A stretch of DNA of 64,000 bases, from the sequence record PZ583742.1. One strand, written 5' to 3'. Position numbers and translations under genes: made by a program. Position 1 is the first letter of the stretch; each line of letters begins with the position of its first letter. Under the pieces are notes generated by a model. The model did not search any database. It had not been told where the DNA came from and was given only the letters and a program-made list of their open reading frames with translations. The stretch comes from a phage. This document shows positions 1 through 8,599 of the stretch, piece by piece.

Positions 1-372
1 AAGTTATATGACTCATTAACTCCAGAGCAACAAAAATATGCAAAAGACCTGGGAGCTGCGTTAACTCGTGAGATTGAACAAATAGACCCTGCAACGCACT
101 GGATGGCGGAAGCAGCAACATTGGAAGAAGCAATTAAGCGAAATGAATGGATTGTGGATACCAAGATTGGCGCTGATGGTTGCTCTGTTGAGGTGTCAGC
201 TGTAGTTAAAGGTACTCATGGTGAAAAATCATGGGGTTGGCATAATGAGGTAAACAAATATATTGTTCTCTCAACGTCAAAAACTTATGGTCAAAAGGTT
301 CCTGTATCCAAAGCTATTATTAAGCAAGCTCAATGGGAAGCCAATGAAATCTGCCTCGCAAAAATGAAATAA
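1..372 (+). CDS. hypothetical protein, probably 5'-truncated at window edge
   Basis: Frame is open from nt 1 to stop at 372; first in-frame ATG at 103 has no RBS, so gene likely begins upstream. Confidence 0.4.
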   Translation, partial: KLYDSLTPEQQKYAKDLGAALTREIEQIDPATHWMAEAATLEEAIKRNEWIVDTKIGADGCSVEVSAVVKGTHGEKSWGWHNEVNKYIVLSTSKTYGQKVPVSKAIIKQAQWEANEICLAKMK

Positions 373-375
373 AAT

Positions 376-405
376 GTTTACATACCTCTGGGAACATGAT
401 AGTAT
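376..405 (+). promoter_or_regulatory. early promoter-like element (GTTTAC -35, TAGTAT -10) overlapping an inverted repeat
   Basis: GTTTAC at 376-381, TAGTAT about 18 nt downstream; 8-bp inverted repeat gggaacat/atgttccc flanks the -10. Confidence 0.45.
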
Positions 406-447
406 GTTCCCTGGATAATAAAACTTTAACCATCTGAAGGAAATACC

Positions 448-1041
448 ATGAATACTTTAAAGAAAATTGTTGAATTCATCCGCTCCAAACTGGGTACTGC
501 AATGGCAAAAAACCTGTCTATTGAAGACCAATATACTCAAGCGGCTTCTACCCTAATTGACAAGATTACTGAGCTCCAGACTGCCCATGTTAAGTCTGTT
601 AATGAAGAAAAACGCATCCGCGAGTTAGCGAATGAAAAAGACCAGCTTGCTTCTTCTAAAGAACGTGAAATTCGTAAACTGATTGCTGATGGTGCTGATG
701 TTCAAGTTCATGCTAAACTAGGTCTCCTGTATCGTCGCACTGCTAAACAACTTCGTAAGAAGGCAGATGATTATGTTGAAATGCGTAATGAAATTAAATT
801 GAAAGTTAAAGAGCTGGATGACTCTCGTCAGGAACTAGCTGTTAAACTGGAATACATCCGCGAAACCCGTAAGGTGTCTGCACTGGGTATTGCAACCGCA
901 GATGATGTTGTTGAAATCGCTGCATTGACTAAGATTGATATTGAAGACACTCTGATGCGTGTTGAAACCTTCAAAGGTCCACAGGTTGGTGTGGATACCA
1001 CATCCGCTGACATTGAAGAATACATCAATTCACTTAAGTAA
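448..1041 (+). CDS. coiled-coil protein (long amphipathic helices, PspA/IM30-like in character)
   Basis: 197 aa ORF, charged heptad-rich sequence; preceded by early-promoter-like GTTTAC..TAGTAT and RBS GAAGGAAA. Confidence 0.5.
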   Translation: MNTLKKIVEFIRSKLGTAMAKNLSIEDQYTQAASTLIDKITELQTAHVKSVNEEKRIRELANEKDQLASSKEREIRKLIADGADVQVHAKLGLLYRRTAKQLRKKADDYVEMRNEIKLKVKELDDSRQELAVKLEYIRETRKVSALGIATADDVVEIAALTKIDIEDTLMRVETFKGPQVGVDTTSADIEEYINSLK

Positions 1042-1083
1042 GATAAAGGGGGCTTTGCCCCCTAATTGGGAGAGGAGAATATT

Positions 1084-1638
1084 ATGAGCTTATATAATGA
1101 CCTTATATCAAATGTAGAATGGTTTGGCGGTAGTGGTCTTGCTACTGAAACTAATACAGTTCTTTATAGAATCCGTGGTGACTTGGGTTATTCCAATGAT
1201 TTCTTAAGAAGAACAACAAGTCGCGGCGATACTACCAAATTGCCTTTTATTTTTGCTTTAGCTGAAGACCTTTCTTTCGCAGATGCCTTGGAAATTATTG
1301 ATGTAAATCTGGGTATTCAACGAGTGGAATTCGGTGGGCTGAGTTATTCCGTGTATGCGTTAAATGACCCAGATGATTATAGGCAACTTATTAATGCGAA
1401 CGATGATGACCATTTGGTGTGTTATTTGATGTTGGAAAATGGTGACCACTTTGGAATGGTTGACCGCCGACCAACTTATACTGATATTAAAAATTATGAT
1501 AAAGATGAGCTTCTTGATTTGGCGGCTGAGTATACATTAGAGAGTCGTAAACGGAAACGGAAGCTTAATCGTTTTATTGCTGAATGTCGTGAATACGCTA
1601 AAGGGGTTCAAAATGCGAACGTTATATCTGCCAAGTAA
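1084..1638 (+). CDS. hypothetical protein
   Basis: ORF with RBS GGAGAGGAG 6 nt before ATG 1084; C-terminal FIAEC motif shared with neighbouring genes. Confidence 0.5.
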   Translation: MSLYNDLISNVEWFGGSGLATETNTVLYRIRGDLGYSNDFLRRTTSRGDTTKLPFIFALAEDLSFADALEIIDVNLGIQRVEFGGLSYSVYALNDPDDYRQLINANDDDHLVCYLMLENGDHFGMVDRRPTYTDIKNYDKDELLDLAAEYTLESRKRKRKLNRFIAECREYAKGVQNANVISAK

Positions 1639-1972
1639 ACCAGAAAAATTTGTATACGCAGACAAGATTGATAAAGACCTTATGCCTGCATTTGCAGGCC
1701 TGGTACTGTGTATCGTTGGAATTATAATGATGGTGGTTTGTGGGGATATGAATATTGTTAGTGTTAACATTGCATGGACACTAACAATTTTATCTCCTTT
1801 TATTACAGTCCTGATTATGCTATTGATAAATGTGTGGCATCAAAATCATAAGAATAAAGGATATCGCGGGCGAGTTAAAAAGTGGGAACAAAAATGTGTT
1901 TCCCTGCAAGAAGAGCACAAAATTAAATGTGCTGAAGAATTTATTAAGGAGGTTCGTAATGGAACGGCCTAG
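1613..1972 (+). CDS. small membrane protein
   Basis: ATG 1613 after AAAGGGG; hydrophobic core LVLCIVGIIMMVV..ILSPFITVLIMLLI; C-terminal EEFIKEV tail. Confidence 0.45.
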   Translation: MRTLYLPSKPEKFVYADKIDKDLMPAFAGLVLCIVGIIMMVVCGDMNIVSVNIAWTLTILSPFITVLIMLLINVWHQNHKNKGYRGRVKKWEQKCVSLQEEHKIKCAEEFIKEVRNGTA

Positions 1973-2312
1973 TCTTGCATCACATGTTTATCAATTGGCT
2001 GAATATGATATTGGTGCCAATTTATTATTAGGGATTGTCACCGCCATGCTTGGTGGTTTGGTTGGTCTGGTAATGACCACGGTTATGGCTGCAATCGAGG
2101 GAGTCATGCCTATTGAGATGGGTTTCTTTATGATAATCGCTCCGGCCGTTGTGTCTTATTTTATCCCGGTTGTGTATGATATCTGTCACACAAATGCCGT
2201 GAATGCTCCCAGCCGTAAGAGATATGCTTTGGCAATGGCTGAGTATAATAAGTTCCTAGACAAAACAAAACGTAATGACCTTGAAACCTTTATTAAGGAA
2301 TGTAAATCATGA
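1959..2312 (+). CDS. small membrane protein
   Basis: ATG 1959 after TAAGGAGG; two hydrophobic segments; C-terminal ETFIKEC tail. Confidence 0.45.
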   Translation: MERPSLASHVYQLAEYDIGANLLLGIVTAMLGGLVGLVMTTVMAAIEGVMPIEMGFFMIIAPAVVSYFIPVVYDICHTNAVNAPSRKRYALAMAEYNKFLDKTKRNDLETFIKECKS

Positions 2313-2599
2313 ATAAAATTGAAATTGCTATCCCCAAGTATTATGATGAGAAATCTGCAGAAAAAGCCATCTATTCTCTTCTAAATAAGACCTCTGAAAT
2401 TGAAAAACACTGTGAAGAAATCGCAGATGAATATGGCATCGAATTCAGCACTGGTGATTACGGCAGCGGCCGTACATATCACCCAGTCGGTTATGAATGT
2501 TCCGAATGGTTCGCTCACCATATTGAAAACAACGGCGGGCAAGTTGAAAACGGCATTGTTACTGTTGGTGCCTGGGTTTCATCTTCTGAGGTGTGCTAA
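2309..2599 (+). CDS. small protein, tandem paralogue family member 1 (C-terminal WVSSSEVC)
   Basis: ORF overlapping upstream stop (ATGA); conserved C-terminal G-W-V-S-S-S-x-C tail. Confidence 0.5.
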   Translation: MNKIEIAIPKYYDEKSAEKAIYSLLNKTSEIEKHCEEIADEYGIEFSTGDYGSGRTYHPVGYECSEWFAHHIENNGGQVENGIVTVGAWVSSSEVC

Positions 2600-2600
2600 T

Positions 2601-2882
2601 ATGATGAATGATTACCGTAAAAATAAAGAACTGGCTAACGCAGTAAATGATATCCATAAAGCTATTCGTCGTGCTGAGGAAATTGCAAACAAATATGAGA
2701 CTCATTTTAATATATACCCTGCTCGCGGTATGGGCGGTGACTATTATTCTCCTGGCGCCCTGAAAGCCGACCTTGCTCATTGGGAAGAACATGGCCATCC
2801 TGAATGGGCTATTGTTAATACTCATGACTATACAACTGACCTGGAAAAAGGCGGTTGGGTGTCCTCCTCTTCTGAATGTTAA
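2601..2882 (+). CDS. small protein, tandem paralogue family member 2 (C-terminal WVSSSSEC)
   Basis: ATG 2601 immediately after stop of previous gene; same C-terminal motif. Confidence 0.5.
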   Translation: MMNDYRKNKELANAVNDIHKAIRRAEEIANKYETHFNIYPARGMGGDYYSPGALKADLAHWEEHGHPEWAIVNTHDYTTDLEKGGWVSSSSEC

Positions 2883-2890
2883 GGAATTAT

Positions 2891-3088
2891 ATGTCTCGTG
2901 AATTAGATTGTGCAATCCGTACTGCCGCAGCAGCTATTGAAAACGTTATCCAGATTTGCAAAGAAGAACGCGAAGAAGCTGATATCTATATCGATGGTGT
3001 TCGTGACCTAGACCGACATATTACGCTTTATAATGGTTGTATTACTATTAGTGGTACCTCTTGGGTGTCCTCCTCTTACGAATGCTAA
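2891..3088 (+). CDS. small protein, tandem paralogue family member 3 (C-terminal WVSSSYEC)
   Basis: ATG 2891 preceded by AAGGAA; same C-terminal motif. Confidence 0.45.
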   Translation: MSRELDCAIRTAAAAIENVIQICKEEREEADIYIDGVRDLDRHITLYNGCITISGTSWVSSSYEC

Positions 3089-3097
3089 GGTTATAAA

Positions 3098-3316
3098 ATG
3101 ACTGCTAAAACTGTTAAAGAAATTGAAAAACAAATCCGTGCACTAATCTGTGAAGGTCTGACTGCGGCGGATGAAACCGGCGAACACTTCCACGCTGGCG
3201 GCGAAGAATATATTCCAGCTTCTAGTCCGGAATATAACGATTATGAATGGGTTCGTGACGAATATTGTATTCCAGAAGGTGAAGGTTTCTGGTTTAACTC
3301 CTCTATGTCTTGCTAA
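3098..3316 (+). CDS. small protein, tandem paralogue family member 4 (C-terminal WFNSSMSC)
   Basis: ORF with AAGG RBS; related C-terminal motif. Confidence 0.45.
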   Translation: MTAKTVKEIEKQIRALICEGLTAADETGEHFHAGGEEYIPASSPEYNDYEWVRDEYCIPEGEGFWFNSSMSC

Positions 3317-3325
3317 GGTGATAAA

Positions 3326-3559
3326 ATGACTACTACTGTTGAACATGGTGAATTAGAAAAAGCTGCCCTTGAACTGGCTGCATTGTATAAGAAAGTAAAA
3401 GATATGGCTAACGCTCAAGATTTCGGTATTGAGCTTGACGAATATGATGGCGAGGTTCGTCTCGAAGACTGGTTGTACAGCTCTTGCTACGGTGAAGACG
3501 CTGGTCGCACCTTTGTTGCTCAACCTGACGGTAAAATCTGGTACCCGAGTAGCTGCTAA
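3326..3559 (+). CDS. small protein, tandem paralogue family member 5 (C-terminal WYPSSC)
   Basis: ORF with AAGG RBS; related C-terminal motif. Confidence 0.45.
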   Translation: MTTTVEHGELEKAALELAALYKKVKDMANAQDFGIELDEYDGEVRLEDWLYSSCYGEDAGRTFVAQPDGKIWYPSSC

Positions 3560-3603
3560 AATTATCACAAGGATGTGATAGGAAAACTTATGTGCAGAAA
3601 TTT

Positions 3604-3635
3604 AGTGTACAAGTCTAAAGAAACGGAGTATCATT
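3604..3635 (+). promoter_or_regulatory. early promoter-like element TGTACA-N17-TATCAT
   Basis: One of at least 10 copies of the recurring motif (a)GTGTACA-N16/17-(T/C)AT(A/C/G)AT upstream of gene starts. Confidence 0.45.
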
Positions 3636-3662
3636 ATCTCGTCAACTAATGAGGAAAATATT

Positions 3663-3830
3663 ATGTATAATGTTCTTATTGTTTTTGTCACTCACCCGCA
3701 AGGTGGAGTAAGACAGAATACTTCTCAAGTGGTTCAATTTTCTTCACTAGAGGCCGCCAATCTTGCTGCTTCACGAATTGAAGCGAAAAAATCGGCACTT
3801 GGAAAATATGAAGTAACTCGTCTTTACTAA
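3663..3830 (+). CDS. small hypothetical protein (55 aa)
   Basis: Short ORF flanked by repeated RBS module AATGAGGAAAATATTATG; below ORF-track size cutoff. Confidence 0.3.
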   Translation: MYNVLIVFVTHPQGGVRQNTSQVVQFSSLEAANLAASRIEAKKSALGKYEVTRLY

Positions 3831-3843
3831 TGAGGAAAATATT

Positions 3844-4803
3844 ATGATGTTAGTTATTGGTTCTCGTGCATTACATAACGCTGGTCTGATTGAAAGTCAG
3901 AAAATTGAAAACTCTGATTGGGACTTCATCGCTGACCAGGTCTCATGGAACCACTTTAAAGCACGTATGTTCGGTGCTCATGTTCCTGTGGATAACCCTG
4001 ATGTCCAAGCTTTTAAATGTATGTACAATGGCAAAGAAACCTATTTTGAAGCTTATATTGTCCGTGCCCTGACCAACGTACGAGAAATTACTGGCGAGCT
4101 TCAAGACGAAGATTTCACCTCAAGTTATCGTCTCCTGAAATATGCTGAAAATCATATTAAAAAAGATCGTCTTACAGGTTTTTACTGGGCGACTCCTGAT
4201 ATTTGTCTGGCAATTAAATTGTCTCATCGTTACCTGAAGAACAATCCATTCTTCTTGAAGACCATGAGTCATATTAATTACCTTCGCAATAAGGGTGTTG
4301 TTCTTAATGATGAACTACAAAAAATCATGCTGCAACGTCAGGCAGAAACACTGTCATACAGTCACCCTAAACTAGACGTGGGCAAGAAAACTTTCTTTAA
4401 TGATACAATCTATACCCTTGACCATGACTCCATCCACGAGGCTGTGGCGCTTGCTGATAAGCCTGCATATAAGTTCTATATGAAGGATGATTCAGAAGTC
4501 ATGACCTCGCGTGAAAAATTTGAAGCGCTCCCTGATGTTATTAAACTGGCAGGGGTTTATGAAGAAGCATGTGTGCTCGCTCTGGAGCGTTCGCAGGTTC
4601 CTAATGAGTTCAATATCTCTCCATCTGTGAGCTTCCATATTGCGCTGGAAAAAGTCTGCACCTCCATTACTTCTGGATGGTTCCGTGCCTTCGCATATGA
4701 AAATTACGGCAAAATTATAAGTATGTATAATGCTTTAGGTCATGACGATTATATTAAACGTTTTAAGGCTAACCAACATTTAATTCGTCCTTTCACAAAA
4801 TAA
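3844..4803 (+). CDS. hypothetical protein (319 aa), no T4 counterpart recognised
   Basis: Long ORF with RBS TGAGGAAAA before ATG. Confidence 0.55.
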   Translation: MMLVIGSRALHNAGLIESQKIENSDWDFIADQVSWNHFKARMFGAHVPVDNPDVQAFKCMYNGKETYFEAYIVRALTNVREITGELQDEDFTSSYRLLKYAENHIKKDRLTGFYWATPDICLAIKLSHRYLKNNPFFLKTMSHINYLRNKGVVLNDELQKIMLQRQAETLSYSHPKLDVGKKTFFNDTIYTLDHDSIHEAVALADKPAYKFYMKDDSEVMTSREKFEALPDVIKLAGVYEEACVLALERSQVPNEFNISPSVSFHIALEKVCTSITSGWFRAFAYENYGKIISMYNALGHDDYIKRFKANQHLIRPFTK

Positions 4804-4862
4804 GTGTGTACATCCAAATGAGGCTATGACATAATGGTCCCACAATCAATGAGGAAAATATC

Positions 4863-5549
4863 ATGAATAGTTCTAAAGTGTTTAATAGCCGAGCTCGTGC
4901 CGTAAGTGGTTTTGCTCACGATGTTCAAAACGATCAAATCAAAAATGAACCGATGTTCTTTAACTGTGATTTGAGTTTTGCTTGGGATAAAGGCGGCCCA
5001 ATCACTCGTAGTTTTATTGCCAATCTTCCGATTGATTGGACTAATGAAAATGTCGTATTCGATTCTCGTGTACATATGTTAATGCCTGGTTGGTATCCTG
5101 CTATCCCTGGGTATCACCATGATGATGTACCGCGCCCGGATATTCCGGTTGGTCAACACTTTATTACTGCAGGGCAACCTGATTATGATAATCCTCGTTA
5201 CCATTCTGAACATATTCTCGGTCTTGTTAACGCTGATGTGTGTCCTACTTATTTTGCAACCGGAACTGCCCAATTTAGTCAGATTCCTGAAGGCGAACTT
5301 ATCTATCGCCAGTGGCATAAAGAAGTTCTGGAAAAAATTGAGTCCAATGAATTAACCAAGTGGGATGCTCCTGACCGCACGTTGCTCCAGTTTGATTGGC
5401 AGACATGGCATACAGGTTCTCGTGCAGTAAGTAACGGTTGGCGCTGGTTTGGTCGTGTGTCTCGTAATACCGACCGTGTTAAAAAGATTACAAATGAAAT
5501 CCGCGTTAATGCTCAAGTATATCTGGAATTCCCTATGGAGGGCTGGTAA
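4863..5549 (+). CDS. hypothetical protein (228 aa)
   Basis: Long ORF with RBS TGAGGAAAA; no recognised motif. Confidence 0.55.
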   Translation: MNSSKVFNSRARAVSGFAHDVQNDQIKNEPMFFNCDLSFAWDKGGPITRSFIANLPIDWTNENVVFDSRVHMLMPGWYPAIPGYHHDDVPRPDIPVGQHFITAGQPDYDNPRYHSEHILGLVNADVCPTYFATGTAQFSQIPEGELIYRQWHKEVLEKIESNELTKWDAPDRTLLQFDWQTWHTGSRAVSNGWRWFGRVSRNTDRVKKITNEIRVNAQVYLEFPMEGW

Positions 5550-6136
5550 TGGCCCTTTATGAACCCGGGTGCATGGGTGTTGATGTAAACTTCATCCGCC
5601 GGGCAGAAAATGCGGGTATAATTGTATCAAGAGACGAATTTATGATTACCAAAAAATATTGGGCGAACCTTGATGATGGTGATGAAGGAATCAAGGTGGA
5701 AAATGTTGATTGGTCGCGATGCAATCGTCATGTGAAAGAGCTTTTAATTAAGGAATATAAAATGGGATACATCATTAATGGGCATCAACCAGAACCACTC
5801 AAAGAACAGACACCCGACCCATTAATTTCTTATAGCAAGAAATATGGATTTCGTACCTGGAGTGATGAATTTGATAAATTAATTTGTTCCAGGTTTTATG
5901 CCTGGGCTGGAATCTTATTTTTACCATTCCTGTGGTTTTTCCTGACAGGTAAAAATGAAGCACCTGTAGCTGTAATGGGCGCGTGCTTTTCTACTGCTCT
6001 TGCTGGACTTATTGCATCATTTTTATGGACTATGGTTATTGAAGTGCCTTTTCGTATTTCTAAAGTTAAAAAGGTGTACGACGATATCACTAAGAAAAAT
6101 ACATTGAACTCTTTTATTGAGGAATGCCGTAAATGA
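5549..6136 (+). CDS. membrane protein
   Basis: ATG overlaps upstream stop (TAATG); C-terminal hydrophobic segments; C-terminal SFIEEC tail. Confidence 0.5.
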   Translation: MALYEPGCMGVDVNFIRRAENAGIIVSRDEFMITKKYWANLDDGDEGIKVENVDWSRCNRHVKELLIKEYKMGYIINGHQPEPLKEQTPDPLISYSKKYGFRTWSDEFDKLICSRFYAWAGILFLPFLWFFLTGKNEAPVAVMGACFSTALAGLIASFLWTMVIEVPFRISKVKKVYDDITKKNTLNSFIEECRK

Positions 6137-6369
6137 GTATTGCGATTTATATTAAATCTGAGTCATGTGATTCTTATCTGTATTCCTATGATACAGGCAC
6201 ATCAGAAGAGAAAATCAAAGAAGATTTAGAAAGTGATTTGGATATGTTCCGACCGATTTCTGAATACAGAATTCAAACTTCTGATAGTGAAAGCCCTTCA
6301 TTGGAAAATAGACTTGAATTTTTAATGAGTGATATTTTTAACCAATCATGGAAACGTGACGATGAGTAA
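6133..6369 (+). CDS. small acidic protein
   Basis: ORF overlapping upstream stop; RBS GAGGAA. Confidence 0.4.
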   Translation: MSIAIYIKSESCDSYLYSYDTGTSEEKIKEDLESDLDMFRPISEYRIQTSDSESPSLENRLEFLMSDIFNQSWKRDDE

Positions 6370-6820
6370 GAAAAACAAGGTGAAAGAATTATCGGCTGGC
6401 ATTATTTTCATGACTGAAGATAAAGAGTTATTCATGGGTCGTGTGACCGGTTCTCGTAAACCAGGTATGCCAGCACACAAATGGGACATCCCTAAGGGTC
6501 ATGTGGAAGCTGGTGAATCCCCAATTGAAGCGGCTATTCGTGAAACCGAAGAAGAAACTGGGTTTACCCAATACGACCCGGCATTCTTAAAAGACCTCGG
6601 TGAGTTCCGTTATTCAGATAACAAAAACCTTCACCTGTTTTTGTATACGGTTCCTGTCGAGCATGAGCAATTCAGACACAGTAAATGCTCTGCCTATCAT
6701 ACCTTCCCGGATGGCAGTTCGGTCCCAGAGTTTGATGCATTTGCTCTGATTAAACCGAGCCAATGGCAGTACGTGATGGGCAAATCGATGTACAAGGTAA
6801 TGACTCAAATTTTCGGATAA
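6362..6820 (+). CDS. nudE: Nudix hydrolase
   Basis: Nudix box G-x5-E-x7-RETEEETG (GHVEAGESPIEAAIRETEEETG); position immediately upstream of lysozyme gene as in T4. Confidence 0.8.
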   Translation: MSKKNKVKELSAGIIFMTEDKELFMGRVTGSRKPGMPAHKWDIPKGHVEAGESPIEAAIRETEEETGFTQYDPAFLKDLGEFRYSDNKNLHLFLYTVPVEHEQFRHSKCSAYHTFPDGSSVPEFDAFALIKPSQWQYVMGKSMYKVMTQIFG

Positions 6821-6846
6821 TAAATACTCCTATATAAGGGGGTATT

Positions 6847-7341
6847 ATGAATATATTCGAAATGTTACGTATAGATGAAGGTTGTAAGTTGGATTTGTAT
6901 AAAGATACTGAAGGCTATTGGACCATTGGTATCGGGCAACTGATAACTAAGAACCCATCGAAAGATGTTGCTCGCGCCGAGCTCGACAAGCTTATGGGTC
7001 GCGTCTGTAATGGTCGCATAACCCAGCACGAAGCTGAAACATTGTTTAATCGTTCGGTCGAAAAAGCTAAAGCCGGAATCTTGAGGCATCCTGTCTTAAA
7101 ACCTGTTTATGATGTACTGGATGAAGTTCGTCGTTGTGCGCTCATTAATATGGTATTCCAGATGGGTGTTGCCGGGGTAGCTGGTTTTCCTAAGGGTATG
7201 CGACTGCTGAAGGCTAAATCATGGGAAGCTGCTGCTAAGGAACTGGCTGACTCAAGATGGTATAAAGTCCAGACTCCGAATAGGGCAAAACGAGTTATCG
7301 AAACTTTCCGTACTGGAACTTTTGACGCATACAAAAGGTAA
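6847..7341 (+). CDS. e: T4-type lysozyme (endolysin)
   Basis: [51 protein letters not shown] matches T4 lysozyme along its length. Confidence 0.95.
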   Translation: MNIFEMLRIDEGCKLDLYKDTEGYWTIGIGQLITKNPSKDVARAELDKLMGRVCNGRITQHEAETLFNRSVEKAKAGILRHPVLKPVYDVLDEVRRCALINMVFQMGVAGVAGFPKGMRLLKAKSWEAAAKELADSRWYKVQTPNRAKRVIETFRTGTFDAYKR

Positions 7342-7344
7342 AAT

Positions 7345-7614
7345 ATGAAAACGTATCAAGAATTTTTGGCTGAATCTGTATTAAATGAATCAGATGAAAG
7401 CCGCATGGCATTTTTAGCTAAGAAAGAAGGCTTTGAGTTTACTTCTATTAAAAAAGTTAATGGAACTTCATTTAAAGTTGGTGATTGGACCTTTGGTAAC
7501 AAAGGAAGTGGCCAGTGGCAAATTGTAGATAAATCTGGTAAAGAAGTGGATTATTTGTTTAATCAGAAATTGGGTGATATCGCTAAACTTATGGGTCAAT
7601 ACTCTAAGAAATGA
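7345..7614 (+). CDS. internal protein (IP) with capsid-targeting sequence
   Basis: N-terminus MKTYQEFLAE matches T4 internal-protein capsid-targeting sequence with L-x-E protease site; sits between e and denV where T4 has ipIII/ipII. Confidence 0.65.
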   Translation: MKTYQEFLAESVLNESDESRMAFLAKKEGFEFTSIKKVNGTSFKVGDWTFGNKGSGQWQIVDKSGKEVDYLFNQKLGDIAKLMGQYSKK

Positions 7615-7645
7615 TGTACATCTCCAAATGATAGGGTTATAATGA
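7613..7645 (+). promoter_or_regulatory. early promoter-like element TGTACA-N17-TATAAT with hairpin around -10, upstream of denV
   Basis: TGTACA 7615-7620, TATAAT 7638-7643; inverted repeat tagggt/acccta brackets the -10. Confidence 0.5.
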
Positions 7646-7669
7646 CCCTATCAACTATGGAGAACAAAC

Positions 7670-8086
7670 ATGACACGTATTAACTTAACCCTGGTATCTG
7701 AACTTGCTGACCAACACCTTATGGCTGAATATCGTGAGCTTCCTCGCGTGTTTGGTGCGGTTCGCAAACATGTACAAAATGGTAAAAAGGTTTCTGACTT
7801 TAAAATCCCATCATCTTTTCTTTTAGGGACTGGTCATGTCACCTTCTTTTATGATAAACTTTTGTTCCTTAAAAACCGCCATCAAGAACTTATTGCGGAA
7901 TGTTTAAAGCGAGGGTTTAACATAAAAGATATTTCTACCCAAGATTTAAATGATATTCCTGATGAATGGAAGAATGATTATCAACCATCAATCTGGTCAA
8001 TTGAAATCAGTCAAGCCAGACTGAATGAGAAAATTTCTCAAAAGCCTACCTGGTACAAATACTATGGGAAAGCAGTGTACGCTTAA
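7670..8086 (+). CDS. denV: endonuclease V (pyrimidine dimer DNA glycosylase)
   Basis: [45 protein letters not shown] matches T4 DenV. Confidence 0.95.
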   Translation: MTRINLTLVSELADQHLMAEYRELPRVFGAVRKHVQNGKKVSDFKIPSSFLLGTGHVTFFYDKLLFLKNRHQELIAECLKRGFNIKDISTQDLNDIPDEWKNDYQPSIWSIEISQARLNEKISQKPTWYKYYGKAVYA

Positions 8087-8135
8087 CTAAAAAAGGTTGT
8101 ATACTGATTTTATCAACCAAACAATAGAATATAAA

Positions 8136-8435
8136 ATGTTAACTTATAAAGAATTTATCACAGAAGCTAAAGCTCCTAAAGCATTTCAAATCGGAGTCCA
8201 AGGTAATTTAGACCAACAATATGTTGATGCTATTGTAGCAAGCCTCGGTAAACAGGGCGTGCAAGTGGATTCGGTTGATTTTACTAAAGGCAATACTTTT
8301 AATATTGTTACATCTAAAGGTTCTTTAGCTAAAGTTAAAAAGGCCTTTGGCGTAGCACAAGCATATGAAATTGACCATTCTGAATTAGAAAATAAAGGTC
8401 GCCAGAACACAATTAAAGGTTCTGGTTCTTTCTAA
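8136..8435 (+). CDS. internal-protein-like protein with capsid-targeting-like N-terminus
   Basis: From ATG 8136 the N-terminus is MLTYKEFITEA (CTS-like, I-T-E cleavage motif); the ORF-track start at 8097 is TTG. Confidence 0.5.
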   Translation: MLTYKEFITEAKAPKAFQIGVQGNLDQQYVDAIVASLGKQGVQVDSVDFTKGNTFNIVTSKGSLAKVKKAFGVAQAYEIDHSELENKGRQNTIKGSGSF

Positions 8436-8599
8436 TAAAGGCAAGCCGACCCTCTCCTCATGAACGTCGCGTCCTCTGAGTGATGGACCTTTCCCTACCT
8501 GTAATAAGGTCGAGCCCAAGTGCGGTAAAGGGTTTACATACGGATACATGGACGAATTATGTGCCAAGGAATGGCCCCACCACTTAAAAAGAGACAATT

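Noticed and set aside
103-372. Treating the first ORF as a complete 89-aa gene starting at ATG 103
   Set aside because: The frame is open back to nt 1 and no RBS precedes ATG 103, so it is more likely the 3' end of a gene starting upstream of the window.
5119-5355. 78-aa + strand ORF in an alternative frame inside 4863..5549, and similar nested ORFs (3890..4072, 20078..20428, 21862..22176)
   Set aside because: Nested in longer ORFs with better start context; hydrophobic low-complexity translations typical of off-frame reading.
6818-6826. Late promoter upstream of lysozyme gene e
   Set aside because: Best match is AATAAATA (7/8), not the near-invariant TATAAATA; noted but not annotated.
8436-8599. 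Possible tRNA gene in the GC-rich intergenic island
   Set aside because: No T-loop (GTTCRANYC-like) or acceptor/anticodon stem arrangement could be placed; no tRNA-like sequence seen anywhere in the window.
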